From Paraclostridium sp. (GTDB lineage: Bacteria > Bacillota > Clostridia > Peptostreptococcales > Peptostreptococcaceae), in NCBI RefSeq assembly GCF_051657365.1, contig NZ_JBOFKN010000029.1, positions 1-42,715 of the forward strand: 42,715 nucleotides of DNA, written 5' to 3'. The notes below the pieces were generated by a model. That model was not told the DNA's origin. It did no database searches and was given only the letters and a program-made list of their open reading frames with translations. Positions 30,291 through 38,163 of this stretch are shown in pieces. The position numbers and the translations under genes are program-made. The stretch's first letter is position 1; each line of letters opens with the position of its first letter.

Positions 30291-32480
30291 ATGTCTAAAT
30301 ATAGAACGATAATAAATATGAGTCCTAGTTTTATAAAAGTTATGCCGTTCAAATGTACAGGTACAAATTTATTAAAATTAGAATCATATACAAATAGATT
30401 TACCAATGTTCATGAAGGCTTAGTTTGTATTTTTAAAGCTGAAAATACTAATACTGGTCCTATAAGAGTAAAACTTTCTGATTTAACAAATGAATTGAAA
30501 TTACTGGATGTTAATGGAAATGAAATCCCCGCTGGATTCATAAAAAGTAATATGTATTTACAAGCTAGTTATGATGGTACAAATTTAGTTTTACATAATG
30601 GTAATTCAAATATAAGTTTAGAAGCTGGATCAAATATTGTAATCGATAAAAAACCAGATGGAACGGTTGTTGTAAGTGCTGTAAATACTAATACTTGGAG
30701 ACCAATTACTGATAGTCTAGAAGCCAATGATAGTAATACTTCATCTAGTGCAAAAGTAGCTAAAATATTAAATGATAAAATTTTGGCAATAACAACTATA
30801 GTTAATGATAATAAACTTTTACAAGATAACATAGCAGATACAGTTATTGAAGTATTGACTGAAATCGATAATTTAAAATTAATTGATAGTGAATTAACAA
30901 AGAAAATAACTGAAGTAAATGGAAAAGCTGATGCTAACATAAGAGAAATCACATCAATAAAATCTGAATTAGGAAACAAAGCTAATTCTAATCATGGGCA
31001 TAGTGCTGCAACAAGTTCAACAGATGGATTTATGTCAAAAGGAGACAAATCAAAATTAGATGGAATAGCTACAGGAGCAAATAATTATGTGCACCCGAAT
31101 GATGGAAATACAAGGCACGTTACTGATACAGAAAAAACTAAATGGAATGGGAAAGCAGAAGGGAGTCATGGGCATAGTACTGCAACGAGTTCAACAGATG
31201 GGTTTATGTCAAAAGGAGACAAATCAAAATTAGATGGAATAGCTGTAGGAGCAAATAATTATACTCATCCTGGCTCAGGAAGTAATCCACATGGTACAAC
31301 AAAAGGAGATTTAGGAATTGGTAATGTTACAAATGTTGCATTGAATTGGGCATGGGGTACTGCGAATCCGACTCATATCTGGGGTTCACAAGGAGATTCA
31401 GGTCAAAGTTTTGTTTATAATGGAAGTCAATTAAAATATTTTATAGGTCTTAATAATGTTAACAACTGGGGTGCTTCAAGTTCTATAGGAGCAAATTCTA
31501 CAACAGAATATGCAACAACAAATATGGTTGCTCAAGTAAGGAATGAAAAACTTACAAATCCAGGATATGGAGGAGTTCACGAGTTAGGAAGATATTTAGA
31601 TTTACATTTAAGCGGATCTGGAGCTGATTATGATGCTAGAATTTGGACTGATGGTGGTCAAAAAGTGTGTATGTCAGGTGTTTTATCTATATCTGGTAGA
31701 GCAATGATTGATGCATCTAAATTTAGTGGTGGAACTGGTCAACAACCAGCTGTTTCATTAGCCATCGGTGACAATGATACTGGATTTAATTGGGAAGGAG
31801 ATGGAAGTTTATCATATTGGGCTAATAACAGTAGGAGATTTTACTTAAATAATGTATGGCATACTGGAAACTTTGATCCAAATTCTAAAGCTAATGTTAA
31901 TCATTCACATGGTTATATGTCTGATGGAGGATCATATGGAACTATAAAATTAAGTAATTGGATTAGAACTACTGGCAATACGGGATGGTACTCAGAAAGT
32001 TATGGTGGAGGATGGTATATGACAGATTCTACATGGATAAGAACTTATAATAACAAACCTATTCATGTTGCTGGAAACGATATAACATGCACAAATAATA
32101 TAATTGCTTATTACTCTGATGAAAGATTAAAGAAAAATTTCAAAGAAATAAATGGAGCTTTAAATATGATTATGAGCATTAATCCTTATTATTATGAACA
32201 AAATGAATTTGCAAAAGAATTGGGTTACAATGAAGAAGGTAAAATTCAAATAGGGTTTAAAGCTCAAGAAATTGAAAAAATATTACCACAAATTATTCAA
32301 GAAGCACCAGTCAATCATAGAAATGATCTTTCTGATGACATTAGAAATAAAATAGGCGACATTCCAATAAAAACGATAGATTATGCCAAAATAACTCCTT
32401 TATTATGGAGAGCTATACAAGAACAACAAAAACAAATTGAGAAACTGGAAAATCTTTTAATTTTAAAAGGAGTGATCTAA
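30291..32480 (+). CDS. Phage tail fibre protein (729 aa) with duplicated HGHS(A/T)ATSSTDGFMSKGDKSKLDGIA.GANNY.HP repeats and a C-terminal intramolecular-chaperone (peptidase S74-like) domain
   Basis: ATG at 30291 with AAGGAG 13 nt upstream. Two near-identical ~40-aa repeats at nt 30993-31097 and 31164-31274 resemble phage tail-fibre repeat motifs. C-terminal YYSDERLKKNF...GFKAQE... from nt 32115 matches the autoprocessing chaperone domain of endosialidase/tail fibres. Established family knowledge plus direct motif reading. Confidence 0.8.
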   Translation: MSKYRTIINMSPSFIKVMPFKCTGTNLLKLESYTNRFTNVHEGLVCIFKAENTNTGPIRVKLSDLTNELKLLDVNGNEIPAGFIKSNMYLQASYDGTNLVLHNGNSNISLEAGSNIVIDKKPDGTVVVSAVNTNTWRPITDSLEANDSNTSSSAKVAKILNDKILAITTIVNDNKLLQDNIADTVIEVLTEIDNLKLIDSELTKKITEVNGKADANIREITSIKSELGNKANSNHGHSAATSSTDGFMSKGDKSKLDGIATGANNYVHPNDGNTRHVTDTEKTKWNGKAEGSHGHSTATSSTDGFMSKGDKSKLDGIAVGANNYTHPGSGSNPHGTTKGDLGIGNVTNVALNWAWGTANPTHIWGSQGDSGQSFVYNGSQLKYFIGLNNVNNWGASSSIGANSTTEYATTNMVAQVRNEKLTNPGYGGVHELGRYLDLHLSGSGADYDARIWTDGGQKVCMSGVLSISGRAMIDASKFSGGTGQQPAVSLAIGDNDTGFNWEGDGSLSYWANNSRRFYLNNVWHTGNFDPNSKANVNHSHGYMSDGGSYGTIKLSNWIRTTGNTGWYSESYGGGWYMTDSTWIRTYNNKPIHVAGNDITCTNNIIAYYSDERLKKNFKEINGALNMIMSINPYYYEQNEFAKELGYNEEGKIQIGFKAQEIEKILPQIIQEAPVNHRNDLSDDIRNKIGDIPIKTIDYAKITPLLWRAIQEQQKQIEKLENLLILKGVI
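30993..31274 (+). repeat. Tandem duplication of a ~40-aa tail-fibre repeat, about 90% identical at the nucleotide level
   Basis: atcatgggcatagtgctgcaacaagttcaacagatgg... versus gtcatgggcatagtactgcaacgagttcaacagatgg..., read directly. Confidence 0.7.
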
Positions 32481-32483
32481 AAA

Positions 32484-33050
32484 ATGGAAAATAAATTTTT
32501 TTATTTGAGTAAAAAATATGCCAAAAATAACGGGATATGGATTTATGAAGAGTCAGAAACTAGAATTGATAATTACATAGAAAAATATGGTAAAGATGTT
32601 GGTGAATATGAGGGAACATCAATACCTAATTGTCCTTGGTATGATGAGATATCTGATTCTATTATAGAAATGCCTATATATATTCAAGTTCAGAAAGGTA
32701 TAAAAAAATTATTACCAGGAGAGTATATTAATGATGATAATGAGTTAATATATATTCCAAAACCTGATTTCATAATAAATGGATATTGGGATAATAAAGA
32801 AAATAAGTGGAATGAAAATTATTCTAAGGAAGAACTTTTAGAATATTATTTAAATAAAAAGATTGTTTTTTTCAATAGTGAAGTGGAGGCAGTTCAACAA
32901 ATCATGTTTATGAAAAACAATGGATTATTATCTTCAGAAGATAATATTGATGATTTGATATTATATTTAAATAACATTAATCCGCATAGTATTAAAACTA
33001 TATCAAAAGAAGTGATTAGGCCAATTATATTAGAAAAATATAAGTTATAG
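32484..33050 (+). CDS. Hypothetical protein (188 aa). Its position immediately 3' of the tail-fibre gene suggests a tail-fibre assembly/chaperone role.
   Basis: ATG 4 nt after the fibre-gene stop, with AAAGGAGTG RBS. The function is inferred from synteny only. Confidence 0.7.
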   Translation: MENKFFYLSKKYAKNNGIWIYEESETRIDNYIEKYGKDVGEYEGTSIPNCPWYDEISDSIIEMPIYIQVQKGIKKLLPGEYINDDNELIYIPKPDFIINGYWDNKENKWNENYSKEELLEYYLNKKIVFFNSEVEAVQQIMFMKNNGLLSSEDNIDDLILYLNNINPHSIKTISKEVIRPIILEKYKL

Positions 33051-33061
33051 GAGATATAGAG

Positions 33062-33589
33062 ATGAATAAAAACATAAATAAAGCAACTCCAACAGGAACA
33101 ATAGGGCTATATGATGTTAGAAGTGAATTAGGTAGAGGTGGGCAAATATCATTAAATGACTCTGATGTGAGAAAGCTTGCAGGAAGAACTGGTGGGCAAA
33201 TTGCTATGAGTGATTTAAGAGGTAAGAGTAATCAAATTACTTATACATTAGATGTTAGACAATGGCCAGGAGAAACAGCATGGGGCTTTAGAAATGGAAC
33301 TATGGGTAATTTATCTCCAAGAAATATAGAAGGAAGTGGATTGACATTATCAGAAGTTAGAGCTACAAATTTATTTGGAAATTCAATTTTTTCAATAGCC
33401 TTAAATGGATCTAAGTTTACGAACAAAGTTGGAATAGTAGTTGATACTTTATCAGAATATATTTTCGTGTGGAGTGCAAGTCAAGGCGCATATGGTGATC
33501 AAAATTCAAGTATAACAACAAGCCTATTGAATTATTTTAAGAGTAAAAATGGCGGAGCTGTGAAAGTTAAATTTAGATGGTTTAATTAA
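33062..33589 (+). CDS. Hypothetical protein (175 aa) with an internal short repeat GGQISLNDSDVRKLAGRTGGQIAMSDLRGKS
   Basis: ATG with TAGGAGA RBS. Gly/Ser/Thr-rich and beta-rich. Confidence 0.7.
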   Translation: MNKNINKATPTGTIGLYDVRSELGRGGQISLNDSDVRKLAGRTGGQIAMSDLRGKSNQITYTLDVRQWPGETAWGFRNGTMGNLSPRNIEGSGLTLSEVRATNLFGNSIFSIALNGSKFTNKVGIVVDTLSEYIFVWSASQGAYGDQNSSITTSLLNYFKSKNGGAVKVKFRWFN

Positions 33590-33601
33590 GGAGATTAAAT
33601 T

Positions 33602-33736
33602 ATGAGAAAAATCGAAAGTTTACTATTTGGAATATGGAAAGGGTTAAAAATAGTTTTATTAATAAATGGAAAAAATGACAAATTAACAAAAATGAATAAA
33701 ATAGAAGAACAACTAAAAAAAACAAAGGAGAAATAA
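33602..33736 (+). CDS. Candidate small ORF (44 aa, MRKIESLLFGIWKGLKIVLLINGKNDKLTKMNKIEEQLKKTKEK), absent from the ORF track
   Basis: ATG 7 nt after AAGGAGA (33588-33594). Fills the 150-nt gap between two + strand genes. Its stop lies 2 nt before the next ATG. Confidence 0.35.
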   Translation: MRKIESLLFGIWKGLKIVLLINGKNDKLTKMNKIEEQLKKTKEK

Positions 33737-33738
33737 TT

Positions 33739-34224
33739 ATGAAAAAAATATTTATGTTATTGTTTATGTTTTCTTTATTTGGATTGTCAAAGGCTGATGT
33801 TTTCATGAAAGAAGATTTTGTAAATTTAAGTATTGGAATAGAAACGACAAAGGGATTTTCATTTCCTGTTACAGTTGAATATGGAAAAAAAATTGAGATA
33901 AACAGAAGTGTATCAGAAATAAATTTAGTTGTTGGAAATCAAATTAAATTTATGGATGAACAAAATGACTATTCGAATTTTTATACAGGAGTAGGAATTC
34001 CTTTTTATTTAAAACATAAAATAGAAGAGTTGCCTAATCATGTTATGCCTGTATTTAGAATAGGATTATCTAGTGATTTAGATTCTAAAAGTAATGGCTT
34101 ATATATAGCTAGTGGTCTTAGATTTGGTGATGAAAAATATTTAGAAATTCTATTCGAAGGAGAGGATTCTAAATATAGAAATTCTCTTGGTATTGGTTAT
34201 AAATTTAATGAAATAAAATTTTAA
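33739..34224 (+). CDS. Small secreted beta-barrel outer-membrane protein (161 aa), OmpX/Ail/Lom-like moron candidate
   Basis: N-terminal signal peptide MKKIFMLLFMFSLFGLSKA. Alternating amphipathic beta-strands. C-terminus ...LGIGYKFNEIKF ends in Phe (OMP beta-signal). Lies right after the fibre genes, as lom does in lambda. AAAGGAGAAAT RBS. Followed by a terminator. Confidence 0.55.
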   Translation: MKKIFMLLFMFSLFGLSKADVFMKEDFVNLSIGIETTKGFSFPVTVEYGKKIEINRSVSEINLVVGNQIKFMDEQNDYSNFYTGVGIPFYLKHKIEELPNHVMPVFRIGLSSDLDSKSNGLYIASGLRFGDEKYLEILFEGEDSKYRNSLGIGYKFNEIKF

Positions 34225-34251
34225 AAAAGAGGAATGATCCTCTTTTTTTTA
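34224..34251 (+). terminator. Rho-independent terminator AGAGGA-ATGA-TCCTCTTTTTTTT
   Basis: Seen directly after the stop at 34224. Confidence 0.6.
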
Positions 34252-34401
34252 TGTTATAATGTGAATTATCTAATATATGGTTGAAAATAAATTATGTTGT
34301 TAGCTATATTGATGACATAGAATATTATATATTTTGAATAAATATATTTATAAAGAAATTAGAGTATACAGTTTAAAATTAAAATAACTGGAGTGTGTAT
34401 A

Positions 34402-34893
34402 ATGGTAAGGAAATTAAAGAAATCTAACAATGTTGAAATGTTAAAAAAAGCAGAATCAGACATGAAGATAATTAATGAAATGAATGGAATTGAAATTCTT
34501 TCAGATGAAAATGGAAATTGTAATAATTGCAATCACTGCTGCAGTATAGTAACACTGATATCAAAAGATGAATTAGAAATTTTGGCTAGTAAACTTACAA
34601 ATGAGATAATAAATGATTTTGTAGATAGAATAAATAAAGATGGAATAAAACATGTTAGTTTTTGTCCATATAGTTATCCAGAAAAAGGATGTGTAATATA
34701 TAAAGATAGACCTAAAACGTGTGTATCATATCATTGTAATCCTGAAAAAATGAATTTTGAGTTAGCTATTAGATTTACAAAAAAAATGGAATCACAAGGT
34801 GGAGGAGTGCCATTATTTGAGATTTTTCATAAGAAAAATCCGTATTTATACGTTAAAATAAAAACGAATCTTAGAGAATTGAGAATAATATAA
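34402..34893 (+). CDS. YkgJ-family zinc/iron-chelating domain protein (CxxCxxCC motif)
   Basis: CNNCNHCC motif plus downstream Cys (FCPY, CVIYKDRPKTC, YHC) typical of the UPF0153/YkgJ family. ATG 34402 with GGAG 8 nt upstream (track start GTG 34393). Own AT-rich upstream region. Confidence 0.6.
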   Translation: MVRKLKKSNNVEMLKKAESDMKIINEMNGIEILSDENGNCNNCNHCCSIVTLISKDELEILASKLTNEIINDFVDRINKDGIKHVSFCPYSYPEKGCVIYKDRPKTCVSYHCNPEKMNFELAIRFTKKMESQGGGVPLFEIFHKKNPYLYVKIKTNLRELRII

Positions 34894-34900
34894 ACTAATA

Positions 34901-34931
34901 AAAAAAGGCACTCAAAAGAATGCCTTTTTTT
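34901..34931. terminator. Bidirectional rho-independent terminator AAAAAAGGCA-loop-TGCCTTTTTTT between convergent genes
   Basis: Hairpin flanked by an A-run on one side and a T-run on the other. Sits between the + gene ending at 34893 and the - gene ending at 34930. Confidence 0.55.
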
Positions 34932-36450
34932 ATTGATTTTCAATTTCTACTTCAGTTTCATTTTTAAATAAAGTTATGTTTTCTTCAGGTTTTATAGTTA
35001 AAGGTTTTAATTCTGCAAATACTTGTTGCTCTTTGTTATTACCTGTTAGATTAATTTCTGGGAAGTTAAGACCTCTAGCTAAATCATTAGCCATTTTAAT
35101 CATAGGAATACTAGATACAAGATTATTTACAGTAGATCCTATTTCACCACCAATAGCACCTCTATTATCTTCATTACCATTAGTTATAACATTAATACTA
35201 TCAATAGTAATATTATTCATAGCATCTACATAATGTTCAGTTAATTTAGGAAGAGTTTCCATTAATTTAATTTTTAAAGCTCCATCAACTCCATATATTT
35301 CAACTAATCTTTTTTCTATATCTACTCTTTTAGAGAAAGGTAAAGTTTCAGCAGACGCATTAGCTTCAGCTTCTAGCTTTATAGCTTTAGCATTAGCCTC
35401 AGCTATAATTAAAGTCTTATCAGCTGTAACTTTAGCTATTTCTAGTTCGTTTTCTGCTGTTAATTTGTTAGCCTCGTTTTCTATAGTTATTGAAGTGATT
35501 TCTTCAATTCTTTTTTCTTCTAAAGATAAAGAGTATTCTTTTTTTATTGTTACTATTTTTTCATCTGTTATTTCTTGTTTACTTTTTTCATCACTTAACT
35601 CTATTTCTTTTTTAGAATTTATATTATTTAATTCTATTTTCTTTTCAGTTTCTATTTTGATATTTGATTTTTTAAGAGATGTATTATATTCAAGTTCAGC
35701 TATTTCAGCTATTTCTTTTTGTTCTGCTGCTGATTCGTCGATTTTATATTCAACAACTTGTTTAGTTTTTTCTGAATTTGTTTTAGCTATAGAAACTTCT
35801 TTTTCTTTTGTAGAGTTGGCGATAGCTGTAGCTGAATTTTTTTCTTGTTCAGCTATAGATATTTCAGAGCCAGATCTAGCAGCAGCACTAGCTTTTTTAC
35901 CTAATTGTTCTACTATTCCATCAAGGTCTTTTATCATTTTAATATTGAAATTCATTAAATCTAAACCAAACTTACTTAATTCAATTTCAGTAGATTCAGA
36001 AACTTTTTCCATTAATTTTTTTCTATTTTCTAATAAGTCTTCAAAATTCATTTCAGAAACTATTGATCTTAATTGTCCTGTTAAAATTTCTTTAACTAAT
36101 GCTACTGTATTTTCTTGTTTAAAGTTAAGTAATCTTTCAGTAGCTACTTTTCTTTCTTTTTCTTCTTTGGATACAGCAAATGTAGCATCAGCTTCAACTT
36201 CTATTCTTATTTTATCCTTAGTTGCAACTCCTGAATCTTCATCAAGTGCTATGTCTAAGTTGTGTGGGTTAAGACTCATAAGTTTATGACTTTGTAAGAA
36301 TGGAATAACAAATAGTCCCTTACCTTCTAAAACCTTTGTTCCACCTATTCCATACCTAACAAGCAAACTATCTGACGGGCATTTCTTGTATGTGCTTAAA
36401 ACAAGTCCTGTAGCTACTGTTGCTGTTGCTCCTAAAATTAATCTTATCAT
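34930..36450 (-). CDS. SPFH/band-7 (flotillin/YqiK-like) membrane-scaffold protein (506 aa)
   Basis: N-terminal hydrophobic segment, then an SPFH core (…GGTKVLEGKGLFVIPFLQSHKLMSLNPHNLDI…). Long Ala/Glu/Lys-rich coiled-coil (flotillin EA-like) region. GGAGGAAATAA RBS before the ATG at 36450. Confidence 0.75.
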   Translation of the reverse strand: MIRLILGATATVATGLVLSTYKKCPSDSLLVRYGIGGTKVLEGKGLFVIPFLQSHKLMSLNPHNLDIALDEDSGVATKDKIRIEVEADATFAVSKEEKERKVATERLLNFKQENTVALVKEILTGQLRSIVSEMNFEDLLENRKKLMEKVSESTEIELSKFGLDLMNFNIKMIKDLDGIVEQLGKKASAAARSGSEISIAEQEKNSATAIANSTKEKEVSIAKTNSEKTKQVVEYKIDESAAEQKEIAEIAELEYNTSLKKSNIKIETEKKIELNNINSKKEIELSDEKSKQEITDEKIVTIKKEYSLSLEEKRIEEITSITIENEANKLTAENELEIAKVTADKTLIIAEANAKAIKLEAEANASAETLPFSKRVDIEKRLVEIYGVDGALKIKLMETLPKLTEHYVDAMNNITIDSINVITNGNEDNRGAIGGEIGSTVNNLVSSIPMIKMANDLARGLNFPEINLTGNNKEQQVFAELKPLTIKPEENITLFKNETEVEIENQ

Positions 36451-36460
36451 TTATTTCCTC

Positions 36461-36859
36461 CTAAATTCTTTTTGAAATATTCCCAGATACACTATTTGCA
36501 TTTCCTATTATTGATTTGCAATTTATATTACCTGAAACTGTTGTTGCAGAATAAACATCACCTTTAATAAACATTTCACCGCTTGTATTTTTTAAGTAGT
36601 TAACGTTTCCATCAACTTTAATTTCGTTGCATCTATCTACATCAATTTTTTCTACCAATCCATAAACAGCAACGTTAATTACTTTTTCATCTTTATTTTC
36701 ATGTTTAAGTTTCTTACCGTTTATAAAAATATTTCCATTATTTATTTGTAAACTTTCTATATCGTTATCTATTCTTATAATATTTCCATTTATTTTAATG
36801 ATACCTTTTTGTTTTTTCTTGTACTTTTTGAAAAACTTCGTTATCACCTTTAGAATCAT
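36461..36859 (-). CDS. Bactofilin-like beta-helical repeat protein (about 133 aa)
   Basis: Repeats of (V/I).G(N/D)(V/I)... such as VDGNVNY, IKGDVYS, VSGNINC, IIGNANS and VSGNI, as in DUF583/bactofilin. Preferred start ATG 36859 with AAAGGTGA RBS (track GTG 36868). Stop is 10 nt before the flotillin start. Confidence 0.55.
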   Translation of the reverse strand: MILKVITKFFKKYKKKQKGIIKINGNIIRIDNDIESLQINNGNIFINGKKLKHENKDEKVINVAVYGLVEKIDVDRCNEIKVDGNVNYLKNTSGEMFIKGDVYSATTVSGNINCKSIIGNANSVSGNISKRI

Positions 36860-36870
36860 TTTTATCACCT

Positions 36871-37692
36871 TTAACTTTTTTGAGACGAATTCGTCTCTTT
36901 TAATTTTTCTTTAATTTTATTCATTCTGGAACAAGCATATGAATTTAATCTTTTGTATAAAGGTTTATTTTCAAAAAAGAATCCATATAAATCTTTAGAA
37001 ATAAAACTATTAAATATAGTTTGTTCTAATGAAAATAAATCCATGTAAGAAGTTACTGTGTTAAGTTTGGTGTTAATTGTATTTATATACTCTTCTTTTA
37101 TAGTTATATTTGAATTGGTAGTTACATATACACTATCAGCTAAGATATTCCAATGGTTCTCTATTTCTTCTTTTTTGTAGTGATGAAGTAATTGTTTTTT
37201 TAATTCATTTATATGTCTTCCATTTTTTATATAATATATAACTAAATCAAATAATGTTTTATTTAAATTAGGAATAAGACTGGTAAAATAACAATCTATT
37301 TCTTTTACATTATTATTTGATAGTATATTTAATAATTTTAATGAAGCTTTTAAATTTCTTTCGATTGCAAATTCATCAAAATATATCTTTTCTCCAAAGT
37401 TTCTTCTAGGTCTTAAAGCACTTTCAAAACTAAGAATAGCAACATCAATTATTCCTATCTTTGTTTTTAATTTTAAGTGGCTTAAAGATTTTTTTATAAC
37501 TTCATCAACATAAAAATTACAGCAAATTATATCGGCTATATTTTCTCTATTAACAGTTATAATGCTAATTTTATTTTTTTTATTTTTAATAGCATAAGTT
37601 AAAGCTTCATTAACTAAATTATGACTCTTTCCACTTCTCCTTGAACTATGAATTAGATTTAATGATATTTCTTTTGAGTTATTTCTTTTCAA
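36871..37692 (-). CDS. Hypothetical protein (273 aa) with a P-loop-like SRRSGKSH segment
   Basis: TTG start at 37692 with AAGGA upstream, and no internal ATG until near the C-terminus. Overlaps the upstream gene by 14 nt. The 3' end contains the palindrome GAGACGAATTCGTCTC. Confidence 0.6.
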   Translation of the reverse strand: MKRNNSKEISLNLIHSSRRSGKSHNLVNEALTYAIKNKKNKISIITVNRENIADIICCNFYVDEVIKKSLSHLKLKTKIGIIDVAILSFESALRPRRNFGEKIYFDEFAIERNLKASLKLLNILSNNNVKEIDCYFTSLIPNLNKTLFDLVIYYIKNGRHINELKKQLLHHYKKEEIENHWNILADSVYVTTNSNITIKEEYINTINTKLNTVTSYMDLFSLEQTIFNSFISKDLYGFFFENKPLYKRLNSYACSRMNKIKEKLKETNSSQKS

Positions 37693-38047
37693 TTTTTTTT
37701 CCTTTTTTATTGCTCTTTAATACAGATAGAACACCTTCTAAATTCATAAGTATTAACAATTCTCCAGTTTCATCATTTTTCCAATAGTCTTTACCAGAAT
37801 AAATATTAACCATAGCTAATTTATTTTCTAAGAACATTCTCATTTCTTCTGGTAAACTTCTACTAACCTTAACTATTTTAGCTTTAGTTATACTTGGAGC
37901 ATCTTCATCATCAAAGTAAACCCCTTTGCTATTTTTAGAATTTTTTTTAGCTATTATTTTAGGATCAAGCATATGAACTAAAATAGTTCCACAAAGTAAA
38001 TCATCTATTTCCTGAACTTTTATAGATGCTTCTCTAGACATAAACAT
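37679..38047 (-). CDS. Small hypothetical protein (about 123 aa), faint GroES/co-chaperonin-like pattern
   Basis: Preferred start ATG 38047 with GGAGG 8 nt upstream. The track start at 38113 adds a hydrophobic, RBS-less extension. The GroES-like call is weak pattern matching only. Confidence 0.55.
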   Translation of the reverse strand: MFMSREASIKVQEIDDLLCGTILVHMLDPKIIAKKNSKNSKGVYFDDEDAPSITKAKIVKVSRSLPEEMRMFLENKLAMVNIYSGKDYWKNDETGELLILMNLEGVLSVLKSNKKGKKIEKK

Positions 38048-38163
38048 ATTAAAAACCTCCGTATATAATTTAATTAATAAAAAAATTATATTAAATAAAA
38101 TCAAATTTTTCAAAATCGTGATTAAGAGTATAATTTTATAATGGCAGTTTATTAGGAGATGAT

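Noticed and set aside
34976-36289. + strand ORFs 34976-35233 (85 aa) and 35465-36289 (274 aa) antisense to the flotillin-like gene
   Set aside because: Ser/Phe/Leu-rich low-complexity translations with no RBS. The opposite strand encodes a recognisable SPFH protein.
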